Source of the DNA: Candidatus Fimenecus sp.
Lineage (GTDB): Bacteria; Bacillota; Clostridia; Oscillospirales; Acutalibacteraceae
DNA length: 35,880 nt
Reading direction: 5' to 3'
NCBI GenBank assembly: GCA_051881415.1
Contig: JBJEPV010000127.1
Coordinates: 1 to 35,880 of the forward strand
Shown here in pieces: positions 29,061-35,749 of this stretch. The number at the start of each line of letters is the position of its first letter. The stretch's first letter is position 1. The translations under genes and the position numbers were made by a program. The notes beneath the pieces were generated by a model, which saw only the letters and a list, made by a program, of their open reading frames with translations, did no database searches and was not told where the DNA came from.

Positions 29061-30304
29061 TTTGTTCCCGAACGGCAAAATTTTCGCCACAGCGGGATGC
29101 AAAGCACCGAGACCAAAACCGCCGTCAGCGCCAACACAATCCACAGCAGGAACAGCGCATTCCAACCGCTGTTCGTTTCCAATAACTTACCCGCCAACAG
29201 GTTTAACACGCCGCAACCGATATACGCCACGGCGTTTAACAGCCCGCCAATGGTGCTCACGCGCCCGGTTTTGGAAAAACGGAGCGGCACTAAGGTAATG
29301 AGCATCACATTGACTGCAAACATACAGTTGGTAACCGCCGCCATGGAGATAAGCGACAGCACCATACTTTTGGTGCCGCACAGCCGCAGAACCAGCAAAA
29401 AGGCCATCGAAATCCCGAAAAACACCGTCGAGGTGGCGATTTCATTTTGCAACCGCCGATTGAGCGCTTTGGCAAGATACGCGCCCGTGACATTGACAAT
29501 CGGCAAAAGCATCGTCAACAGCAAAGAAAACGAAGTACCCGAGCCGAAGGTGCCTGCAAAAAACGAGGGTACCCATTGGGTAACGCTGTCCTTTAATGTA
29601 CCTTGTATCACAATCGGAATCATCAACAGCAAAACGCCGCTTTGCAAGGTGAGCTTGGCAATTTGCCGTGCAGGCATCGGCGGCACGGCGTTTTCGGACA
29701 CCGTTTTCGGGGATTTGGTTTGAAATTTTCCCTTGGTGGAAACGCCCCAAAGCACGGCGACCGCCAATTCAAACAACCCGCAGGTCAAAAAGACAAAGTG
29801 CCACGGCAAAAATGCGAGCGTCAACAGGCTGATTAGGTAACTGAGCAGTGTACCGACAGGAACGGTCGTGGACAAATCAATCCCGAATTTTGTGCGGGTG
29901 GGCGCGTCAAAATTCAACGAGCCGATTTTCAAAATCGGCGACCAAACCATAGATTGCACCGCACCGTTGAGCGCCCACAGGATAAGCAGTACCGCATAGG
30001 TGTGCACACAGAATATCCCGATATTGCAAAGCGCAGAAATAAACAATCCCCAAAAGACCATTTTGCGTGTGTCAAAATGGTCGCCGACAAGCCCGCTTAC
30101 AAACTGCCCGATGCCGTAGCAGATGAAAAATACCGAGGAAACCGCCGCAATGCGTGTTTCCGAAAACACATTTCCCGCCTGCAATTCCGGAATGACCGCG
30201 GAATAATTTAAGCGGCAGACATAGGTGGAAAAATAGCCCACCCAACAAATCAAAAAGGTAAAAAATGCGCTTTTGGACTTGTAACCGTAATACTTTTGTG
30301 TCAT
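29057..30304 (-). CDS. MFS transporter, organophosphate:phosphate antiporter (GlpT/UhpT)-like
   Basis: 12 predicted hydrophobic spans. N-terminal CRLNYSAVIPEL and ALNGAVQSMVWSPILK resemble the OPA-family R-x-N-x-x-x-A-x-P and LNG..Q..GWP blocks. ATG 30304 is preferred over the ORF-track TTG at 30352. Confidence 0.8.
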   Translation of the reverse strand: MTQKYYGYKSKSAFFTFLICWVGYFSTYVCRLNYSAVIPELQAGNVFSETRIAAVSSVFFICYGIGQFVSGLVGDHFDTRKMVFWGLFISALCNIGIFCVHTYAVLLILWALNGAVQSMVWSPILKIGSLNFDAPTRTKFGIDLSTTVPVGTLLSYLISLLTLAFLPWHFVFLTCGLFELAVAVLWGVSTKGKFQTKSPKTVSENAVPPMPARQIAKLTLQSGVLLLMIPIVIQGTLKDSVTQWVPSFFAGTFGSGTSFSLLLTMLLPIVNVTGAYLAKALNRRLQNEIATSTVFFGISMAFLLVLRLCGTKSMVLSLISMAAVTNCMFAVNVMLITLVPLRFSKTGRVSTIGGLLNAVAYIGCGVLNLLAGKLLETNSGWNALFLLWIVLALTAVLVSVLCIPLWRKFCRSGTN

Positions 30305-30342
30305 AATGGAAAAAACCTCTTTTTGAGAAAGGATTTGTTTTT

Positions 30343-31233
30343 GTGTTTGCAAAAAAAGCCGAACGCGCCTATTTGAATACCCTCAATACCCCGGGCATTT
30401 TTCAGAATACCACCGATACCGCTTTGCCGCAAACCGCGGTCGCAAAAGCGGTGCAACAGCATTTCGCAAAAGAAACCGACAAGGTGAAAAAAGCGTTGCT
30501 TATCGGCTTTGACGGCGCGCGGGCGGACAGTATGCATTTGCTTTGTGAAAGCGAAAACAAAGCGGTCACAGGCAATCTGTTTTGTTCGGCATACAGCGCC
30601 GTCAATGCGCTGAAAGCAGAGGGCGGGCTGTATTTGAGTTTTGCGGGCGGCGTGCCTTCTAATCCGCAGGAAACCTCCACCGCACAAGGCTGGTCGGCAA
30701 TCTTAACCGGCGTTTGGGGCGATGACAACGGCGTCAAACAGCACAAGCCCTTGCGCCGCGACTGCCCGACCGTACTGCGCGCACTCGCAGAAAACGGCAA
30801 ATCCACCGCCTTTTTGGCAGAGTGGCCCGACCATTTTACTGTTACCTATAAAGACGAAATCGAAATTGCAAAGCACGAAAACTTGCCGCTGTTGTTTGAA
30901 AAATTTGAAGATGACCGCGCGCTTTTGCAGGGATTTTTACGCGAGATTGCGGCGGGAAAGGATTGCATTTTCGGTATTTTTGAAGCGCCCGACTGCAACG
31001 GCCACAGCACAGGGTTTTCAAATGTTAATCCGCGGTACGCCGCAGGCGTGTGCCGGCTGGACAATGTCGCGTTTCGTTTGCTCGAAGCCGTCAAAGCTCG
31101 CCCGACCTATGCAAGGGAGGATTGGCTGATTCTCATCACCTCCGACCATGGCGGGCACGCGCGTAGGCACGGCACACAAAAGCCGTATGACCGTATGACC
31201 TTTATCGCATCGAACAAAGAAATCTCCGAATAA
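30343..31233 (+). CDS. alkaline-phosphatase-superfamily protein (type I phosphodiesterase / nucleotide pyrophosphatase-like), apparently cytoplasmic
   Basis: Core metal and nucleophile blocks LLIGFDGARADS, ETSTAQGWSAILTG, FEAPDCNGHSTG and LITSDHGGH. No signal peptide. The start is uncertain: GTG 30343 (AAAGGA 9 nt upstream) or in-frame GTG 30484 just before the conserved core. Confidence 0.72.
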   Translation: MFAKKAERAYLNTLNTPGIFQNTTDTALPQTAVAKAVQQHFAKETDKVKKALLIGFDGARADSMHLLCESENKAVTGNLFCSAYSAVNALKAEGGLYLSFAGGVPSNPQETSTAQGWSAILTGVWGDDNGVKQHKPLRRDCPTVLRALAENGKSTAFLAEWPDHFTVTYKDEIEIAKHENLPLLFEKFEDDRALLQGFLREIAAGKDCIFGIFEAPDCNGHSTGFSNVNPRYAAGVCRLDNVAFRLLEAVKARPTYAREDWLILITSDHGGHARRHGTQKPYDRMTFIASNKEISE

Positions 31234-31240
31234 CACGAAC

Positions 31241-31268
31241 AAAAACGCACCGAACACGGTGCGTTTTT
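31241..31268. terminator. bidirectional rho-independent terminator between the convergent phosphodiesterase and LicD genes
   Basis: AAAAA-CGCACCG-AACA-CGGTGCG-TTTTT, a perfect 7-bp stem with A and T runs on either side. Confidence 0.75.
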
Positions 31269-31270
31269 AT

Positions 31271-32134
31271 TTATTCTGTCGGAAAGACCAATTCAATCGG
31301 CGCGTGGTTAATTTGCTTTTCCGGCGGCGGAATTTGCATATAGTCACCATACACCCTGCGCAGTTCTGCATCGTTGTTCCTGAGCAAATGAATAGTCGTT
31401 GTTTCAAACGGGACTTCCGTCAGCGGGAACATATCTGCCTTTTTAAACATTTTCCGAAGCGCCGTCGGTTGCCCGAAGTCGGTGATATATTCGGTTCCTA
31501 TCCCGTTATATTTGGTAGATTGCTTTTCAAACTGCCGAAAGATAAACTGCGGCGAGATGTGCAGAATTTTCAACGCATAATGCGTGACAAAGCAGACCGC
31601 CGCCGCCAATTCGCCGACCAACCCTTTTAAGGGAATAATCGGGTACGGCGTGCCGCACAAATACAAAAGGCGGTCTAAAAATACGGTCTTTTTCAGTTGG
31701 CGCTGCTGCGATTTTGCGTCGGGCGCAACATTGTCAAACGGAAAAATATCCATAAAAATGCATTGCGGGCATTTGGCGTTTGCGTTTAATGCGGAAACAA
31801 ATTTGGTGCCGCGTAACATCAATTTGATGACGTTTGATGTACAGCGCTTGTCCGTATTTGGGGAGAGGATAAAATATTTTTCGCCCAATTCCGCGTCGGC
31901 GATTTCTAAAAAACGGTCAAAATCCGCACGGAGCATACCGACATCAATATCATCGTCCCACGGAATAAACCCTTTGTGGCGCACCGCGCCGATGGCTGTG
32001 CCGTACAGCGCGAAATAGGGGAGGTTGTGCTTTTCGCAAACGGCTTTAAAATCGTTCAAGATTTCAATATGTACGGTGTGCAGTTTTTCAAGCACATCGG
32101 GTGCATAGGGTTTTGCGGTATCAAACTTTTTCAT
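31271..32134 (-). CDS. LicD-family phosphotransferase (phosphocholine / polyol-phosphate transferase family)
   Basis: The N-terminal third matches the LicD signature region: LQ/HxxxLEILxxFxxVCEKHNLPYFALYGTAIGAVRHKGFIPWDDDIDVGMLRADFDRF. AAAGGGG RBS. Starts 18 nt downstream of the preceding gene. Confidence 0.87.
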   Translation of the reverse strand: MKKFDTAKPYAPDVLEKLHTVHIEILNDFKAVCEKHNLPYFALYGTAIGAVRHKGFIPWDDDIDVGMLRADFDRFLEIADAELGEKYFILSPNTDKRCTSNVIKLMLRGTKFVSALNANAKCPQCIFMDIFPFDNVAPDAKSQQRQLKKTVFLDRLLYLCGTPYPIIPLKGLVGELAAAVCFVTHYALKILHISPQFIFRQFEKQSTKYNGIGTEYITDFGQPTALRKMFKKADMFPLTEVPFETTTIHLLRNNDAELRRVYGDYMQIPPPEKQINHAPIELVFPTE

Positions 32135-32152
32135 CGGGCAGCCCCTTTCAGT

Positions 32153-33268
32153 TTATTGCATATAAAATTCTGCGATTTTTTCTGTATTGCAAAGCCCGCA
32201 GTTTTGCGGCAGGGGAAGCGTTGACAGGTCTTTTCCGTCAAATCCGTTTTCCGTGTAATATTGCACGCCCATAAACTGCGCATACCATTGCAGAACAAGG
32301 TCAATGTTCGGGCAAGGCACTTCTGCAATACGGCAAAAACTTCTGATGATACACAGACCGTACGGAAAATCCTCTAAAAAATAGCGGGAGGAGAGATCCG
32401 GAACAAAGCCGTCTTTTTGCGCGACCATGGGGGAAAGTATGCCTTGAAACGCAGGGATACCGCTGATTTTTTTTGTCATTTTTTCTGCTGTATCCGACTC
32501 ATAGTGAATTTTCAGGGAAATTACCTCGGATAAGTTCAGCGGCAAAGTATTGCAAAGCGTCTGTAATTCCGCGTCACAGGCAATGAGCATCTCGGAGGAG
32601 GGCATATCCCACTGGGCATAAAACAAAATGTTGCGCGGATACTGCATACCGTCATGATAGTCGCGGAACATCGAATACAGCCGCGTGGTGTGTAAAATCG
32701 GATTGGACGGCGTGAGCGTGACGGCCAAATAATTGTCCAGCGCACGGCAAGGCATATGCAAAAGCGAACAGAGCGTTTCGGCAATTTTTACGGTATTTGC
32801 CCGCGGAATGGCGGCAACGGTAATTTCCTTTTTGCGGCTGAGGGCATATACGCTTTTGCCGTATTCTTTCACTCTGGCAATGCAATGCACGCGTTGCAAG
32901 CCGCAAAATACACAGCCTTTTTCAATCAGCGGACGGCAAACAAATTCCGCCCCGCCGCTGCCGGGAACAACACATATGACAGTGCCTTTTTGTATATGCG
33001 GCAAAATCCGTTGCACGATGGCGGGCAGAGCGTTTGACGGAACGGTAATGAAAATCAAATCCGCCTTTGCCGTCACTGCGGCGTCGTTTGTGATTTCGGC
33101 AAGTTCTCCGCAAACCGTCTCGCCGGTTTCGGAGTAAATGACTTCAATTTTTTTCTGCCAAGCGTCAGGCTTGGAAGTCAGCAGAGAAACGCGATTTTGT
33201 TTGTCCGCGGAAAGTTCACCCAAAAGTACGGTGCCGATGTTTCCGCCGCCGATGACAGTAATATTCAT
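32153..33268 (-). CDS. NAD(P)-dependent octopine/nopaline (opine) dehydrogenase-family protein
   Basis: N-terminal Rossmann ITVIGGGNIGTVL, plus the C-terminal domain with SRYFLEDFPYGLCIIRS typical of the opine dehydrogenase family. AAGGGG RBS. Confidence 0.82.
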   Translation of the reverse strand: MNITVIGGGNIGTVLLGELSADKQNRVSLLTSKPDAWQKKIEVIYSETGETVCGELAEITNDAAVTAKADLIFITVPSNALPAIVQRILPHIQKGTVICVVPGSGGAEFVCRPLIEKGCVFCGLQRVHCIARVKEYGKSVYALSRKKEITVAAIPRANTVKIAETLCSLLHMPCRALDNYLAVTLTPSNPILHTTRLYSMFRDYHDGMQYPRNILFYAQWDMPSSEMLIACDAELQTLCNTLPLNLSEVISLKIHYESDTAEKMTKKISGIPAFQGILSPMVAQKDGFVPDLSSRYFLEDFPYGLCIIRSFCRIAEVPCPNIDLVLQWYAQFMGVQYYTENGFDGKDLSTLPLPQNCGLCNTEKIAEFYMQ

Positions 33269-33335
33269 AAAAACCCCTTAGACAAAGCAATCTGACAGTT
33301 TTTCGTTCCCGATTGTGCGCGGAGAATATGCGGTT

Positions 33336-33364
33336 AGTTTAGCATATTTTGCGGTGAATTGCAA
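33336..33364 (-). promoter_or_regulatory. sigma-A-like promoter with extended -10 for the opine-DH-like / LicD operon
   Basis: On the minus strand: TTGCAA (33364-33359), 17-nt spacer ending in TGC, TAAACT (33341-33336). The -35 is embedded in the palindrome GCAATATATTGC. Confidence 0.5.
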
Positions 33365-33381
33365 TATATTGCGATTTTCTG

Positions 33382-34725
33382 TCAGCCATTTCCTGTCTTT
33401 GCCGCCGCGTATATGCATTTTCGTAAAGCGTCTTTTTCGTTTTCGCATTGTTCCGTAATGACAAGTTCCAACAGCCGATTTAAAGCGTCACGGATTTCTT
33501 TTCCGTCCGGAATGCCCGCCGCTTTCAGGTCATCGCCGTTTACGGCGAGTCCGCGCAAATCGTAACATTCCTTGTTTTCGAGGATTTCTGCAAGAAAATC
33601 TTCCATCCGCCGCAGTTTGTCGTCAATCGCGTGGGGCTGTGCCTTCCCGCGGTTGTCCGCGCGTTTGATTTTTATCAGCGCACGGTAATTTTCAACCCCG
33701 ATTTCTGACAACAGCTGTTTTGCCTCGATTTTGGTTTTCGGGGATTTCAGGTCGTGTATGGCAATCCACCTCGTGACATCTTTTACGGTGTTGTTGTCAT
33801 AGCGCAATCGCTTTAAAATCGGCTCAACAATTTCCGCGCCGACCTTTTGGTGCCCTTTAAAATGGTCTGTGCCGTTTTGGTCAGTTTTACGGCAGACGGG
33901 TTTGCCGAAATCGTGAAAAAACATACAAAGCCGTAATTTTTCGGTCGGTTCGGTATTTTCAAGCGCGGCGAGTGTGTGGCGGTAAACATCAAAGCAGTGG
34001 TATACCGTGTTTTGCGGGCAGTCGAACAGCGCGCGCACTTCGGGGATAAACACGGCAATCACCTCGCGGTAACGGTCAAGCACCGCGGCGGCATTTTTGC
34101 CGCACAACAATTTCGAAAACTCCACACGAATCCGCTCGGCGGCGACCTTAGATAATAATTGTCTATTGCGTAAAATGCTTTCCGCGGTTTCTGCTTCTAT
34201 CGTAAATCCGAGTACCGAGGCAAAGCGAATGCCGCGCAAAATCCGCAACGCGTCCTCCGAAAAACGGCAGTCGGGGTTGCCTACCGCGCGCAGAATGCCG
34301 TTTTGCAAATCCGCAAGACCGCCGCACAAATCGACCACACCGTCCTGCTCGTTCCAGCAAAGCGTGTTGACCGTGAAATCGCGGCGCAGTAAATCTTCTT
34401 TCAAATTGCGCGTAAAGGAGACGCTTTCGGGGTGGCGCGCGTCAAGATAGTCGCCGTCCACGCGAAAGGTGGTAATTTCCAACGGCAACCCGTCTGAAAG
34501 TACCGTGACCGTGCCGTGCTGTAAGCCCGTTTCAATCAGGCGGCAATCCGCAAAAACGCGCTCGGTTTCTTCGGGGCGCGCGTCGGTGGTAATGTCCCAA
34601 TCCAAAGGCGTTTTGCCAAGCAGACTGTCGCGCACACAGCCGCCGACAGCGTAGGCTGCAAAGCCGTTTTCGTGCAAACGGCGCAGAGCGGCTTTTACTT
34701 GTTCGGGTGCGAGAATTTCGGGCAT
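33382..34725 (-). CDS. cca: CCA-adding tRNA nucleotidyltransferase with HD domain
   Basis: ATG 34725 lies 7 nt after AAAGGAGA (the ORF-track start 34782 is upstream and in frame). Head-domain AVGGCVRDSLLGK...DWDITT, RRDFTVN, and HD motif FFHDFGKP...GHQKVGA. Confidence 0.88.
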   Translation of the reverse strand: MPEILAPEQVKAALRRLHENGFAAYAVGGCVRDSLLGKTPLDWDITTDARPEETERVFADCRLIETGLQHGTVTVLSDGLPLEITTFRVDGDYLDARHPESVSFTRNLKEDLLRRDFTVNTLCWNEQDGVVDLCGGLADLQNGILRAVGNPDCRFSEDALRILRGIRFASVLGFTIEAETAESILRNRQLLSKVAAERIRVEFSKLLCGKNAAAVLDRYREVIAVFIPEVRALFDCPQNTVYHCFDVYRHTLAALENTEPTEKLRLCMFFHDFGKPVCRKTDQNGTDHFKGHQKVGAEIVEPILKRLRYDNNTVKDVTRWIAIHDLKSPKTKIEAKQLLSEIGVENYRALIKIKRADNRGKAQPHAIDDKLRRMEDFLAEILENKECYDLRGLAVNGDDLKAAGIPDGKEIRDALNRLLELVITEQCENEKDALRKCIYAAAKTGNG

Positions 34726-34762
34726 GGTGCGGTCTCCTTTTTTGCGGTGTACTGTTATTCCT

Positions 34763-34792
34763 ATTCTACCACAACCCGACACCTATTTACAA
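34763..34792 (-). promoter_or_regulatory. sigma-A-like promoter with extended -10 for cca
   Basis: On the minus strand: TTGTAA (34792-34787), 18-nt spacer ending in TGG, TAGAAT (34768-34763). Confidence 0.45.
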
Positions 34793-34837
34793 GAAAAAAG
34801 AAATACGATATAATAATATGGATTTATACCTTATATT

Positions 34838-34945
34838 CCTCCCTCCGTGAGGGAGGTGGCATTTTCGCTTGCGAAAATGACGGAGGAAGTTTGCCGCGTA
34901 TATTGCATACTTCCTGCAAGCGGGAGGTGGCACGGCGTAGCCGTG
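34838..34945. repeat. block of four short hairpins without a 5' GTAGGG head
   Basis: Four stems: CCTCCCTC-CGT-GAGGGAGG (34838-34856); CATTTTCGC-TT-GCGAAAATG (34860-34879); AGGAAGT...ACTTCCT (34884-34915); CACGG-CGTAG-CCGTG (34931-34945). GGGAGGTGGC is duplicated at 34851 and 34922. Confidence 0.6.
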
Positions 34946-34956
34946 ACGGCGGGCGC

Positions 34957-34983
34957 GTAGGGACGGGCGTCCTCGCCCGTCCG
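34957..34983 (+). repeat. REP-like element (GTAGGGACGGGCG-TCCT-CGCCCGTCCG)
   Basis: GTAGGG head followed by a perfect 9-bp GC-rich stem with a 4-nt loop. Confidence 0.7.
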
Positions 34984-35018
34984 CAAAAATTCATCCAATT
35001 TCCGCGGGCGAACGCCGC

Positions 35019-35149
35019 GTAGGGACGGGTGATTCCCCTGATAGGGGAAATGTTTGCGAAGCAAACAAAAGGGTGCCAGAATTCGGAGAATTTGCTCCCG
35101 ACGCAAGGTGCCCGTTTTCGGAGAAAATCCTCGCCCGTCCGCCCCCTAC
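35019..35149. repeat. composite REPIN-like unit bounded by inverted GTAGGG heads
   Basis: Left end is GTAGGGACGGG (35019, +). Right end is CCTCGCCCGTCCGCCCCCTAC (to 35149; reverse complement GTAGGGGGCGGACGGGCGAGG), which repeats the 3' arm of the 34957 element. The interior carries its own hairpins, TTCCCCT/AGGGGAA and TGTTTGC/GCAAACA. Confidence 0.55.
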
Positions 35150-35154
35150 GAATT

Positions 35155-35181
35155 GTAGGGAACAACCTTAGTGTTGTTCCG
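35155..35181 (+). repeat. REP-like element (GTAGGGAACAAC-CTTAGT-GTTGTTCCG)
   Basis: Same GTAGGGAAC...GTTCCG frame as the RAYT-linked element but a different stem core. Confidence 0.7.
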
Positions 35182-35201
35182 TAAAATCGCATTAAAATTC
35201 A

Positions 35202-35228
35202 CGGGCGGCCGAGGTCGTCCGCCCCTAC
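35202..35228 (-). repeat. REP-like element, inverted (GTAGGGGCGGACGACCTCGGCCGCCCG on the minus strand)
   Basis: GTAGGG head on the minus strand with a GGGCGG/CCGCCC stem. Paired tail-to-tail (hairpin ends adjacent, heads outward) with the 35155 element across a 20-nt AT-rich linker. Confidence 0.65.
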
Positions 35229-35233
35229 CATAT

Positions 35234-35258
35234 GTAGGGAACGGTCTTGACCGTTCCG
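35234..35258 (+). repeat. REP-like element identical to the RAYT-proximal copy
   Basis: 25/25 identity with 6009-6033 and with the reverse complement of 6349-6373. Confidence 0.8.
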
Positions 35259-35278
35259 TAAATTCATATCAAAATTGA

Positions 35279-35304
35279 CGGGCGACAAGTGAATTGCCCC
35301 TGTA
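35279..35304 (-). repeat. degenerate inverted REP partner
   Basis: CGGGCGACAAGTGAATTGCCCCTGTA parallels CGGGCGGCCGAGGTCGTCCGCCCCTAC of the previous unit, after a similar linker (TAAATTCATATCAAAATTGA vs TAAAATCGCATTAAAATTCA). The head is decayed to CCCCTGTA. Confidence 0.4.
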
Positions 35305-35325
35305 ATCGGAAAGGATTTTGTATCA

Positions 35326-35532
35326 ATGAACCAACAAAAAATCGACCGTATCAATTTTTTGGCGAAAAAGAGCAAAACGCCCGAGGGGTTAACCGACGCC
35401 GAGCGCGCCGAACAGCACGCCTTGCGGCAGGAATATCTTGCGGGATTTCGCCGCAATTTACACGCGCAACTCGATAATATCTATCTGGTTGACGAAAACG
35501 GCAACAAACGGAAATTGGAGAAAAAGCAATGA
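35326..35532 (+). CDS. DUF896 (UPF0291 / YnzC-like) small protein
   Basis: 68 aa. KIDRINFLAKKSKTPEGLTDAERAEQHALRQEYLAGFRRNL closely parallels, from memory, the B. subtilis YnzC pattern (IARINELA.KAK...T.EE..EQ..LRQEYL.GFR). Confidence 0.85.
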   Translation: MNQQKIDRINFLAKKSKTPEGLTDAERAEQHALRQEYLAGFRRNLHAQLDNIYLVDENGNKRKLEKKQ

Positions 35533-35749
35533 GCGAAACCGTAAAATGCGGAAGATACCGCCACTTTAAAGGCAACGAATATGAGGTTTTGGGCACGGCA
35601 ACCCATTCCGAAACTTTGGAAGAATTGGTTGTGTACCGTGCGCTCTAAGGTGAGGGGAGTTGAACACAATATGCCGAAAATTTGATATTACGGCGTATTT
35701 TCACTTTTTCACCGTTGTCGGGCGTCAGCCCGCCTGCCGCTTCAAAAGC
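35529..35749 (+). pseudogene. DUF1653-like gene, apparently disrupted (premature TAA, then a frame change)
   Basis: The ATG at 35529 overlaps the DUF896 stop (ATGA), with GGAGA 7 nt upstream. It encodes MSETVKCGRYRHFKGNEYEVLGTATHSETLEELVVYRAL and stops at 35646-35648, exactly where DUF1653 proteins have the Tyr of YRALYG. The next residues are GEG. A C-terminal-like stretch (FFTVVGRQPACRF, compare F.ETVEVDG..VPRF) continues in another frame from 35654, across a GGGG run. Confidence 0.45.

Noticed and set aside
34838-35304. Possible CRISPR array, given many short repeats in a non-coding stretch.
   Set aside because: The repeats are not identical direct repeats with uniform spacers. They are palindromes with differing stems and alternating orientation, and no cas genes are in the window.
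34672-35456. ORFs 34672-35022(+), 34824-35192(-), 34831-35106(-) and 35199-35456(-) across the cca/DUF896 spacer.
   Set aside because: They are translations of the palindromic REP units, giving strings such as VGADDLGRP and GRVGTGVLARP. They have no RBS and overlap each other on both strands. The region is better explained as non-coding repeats.
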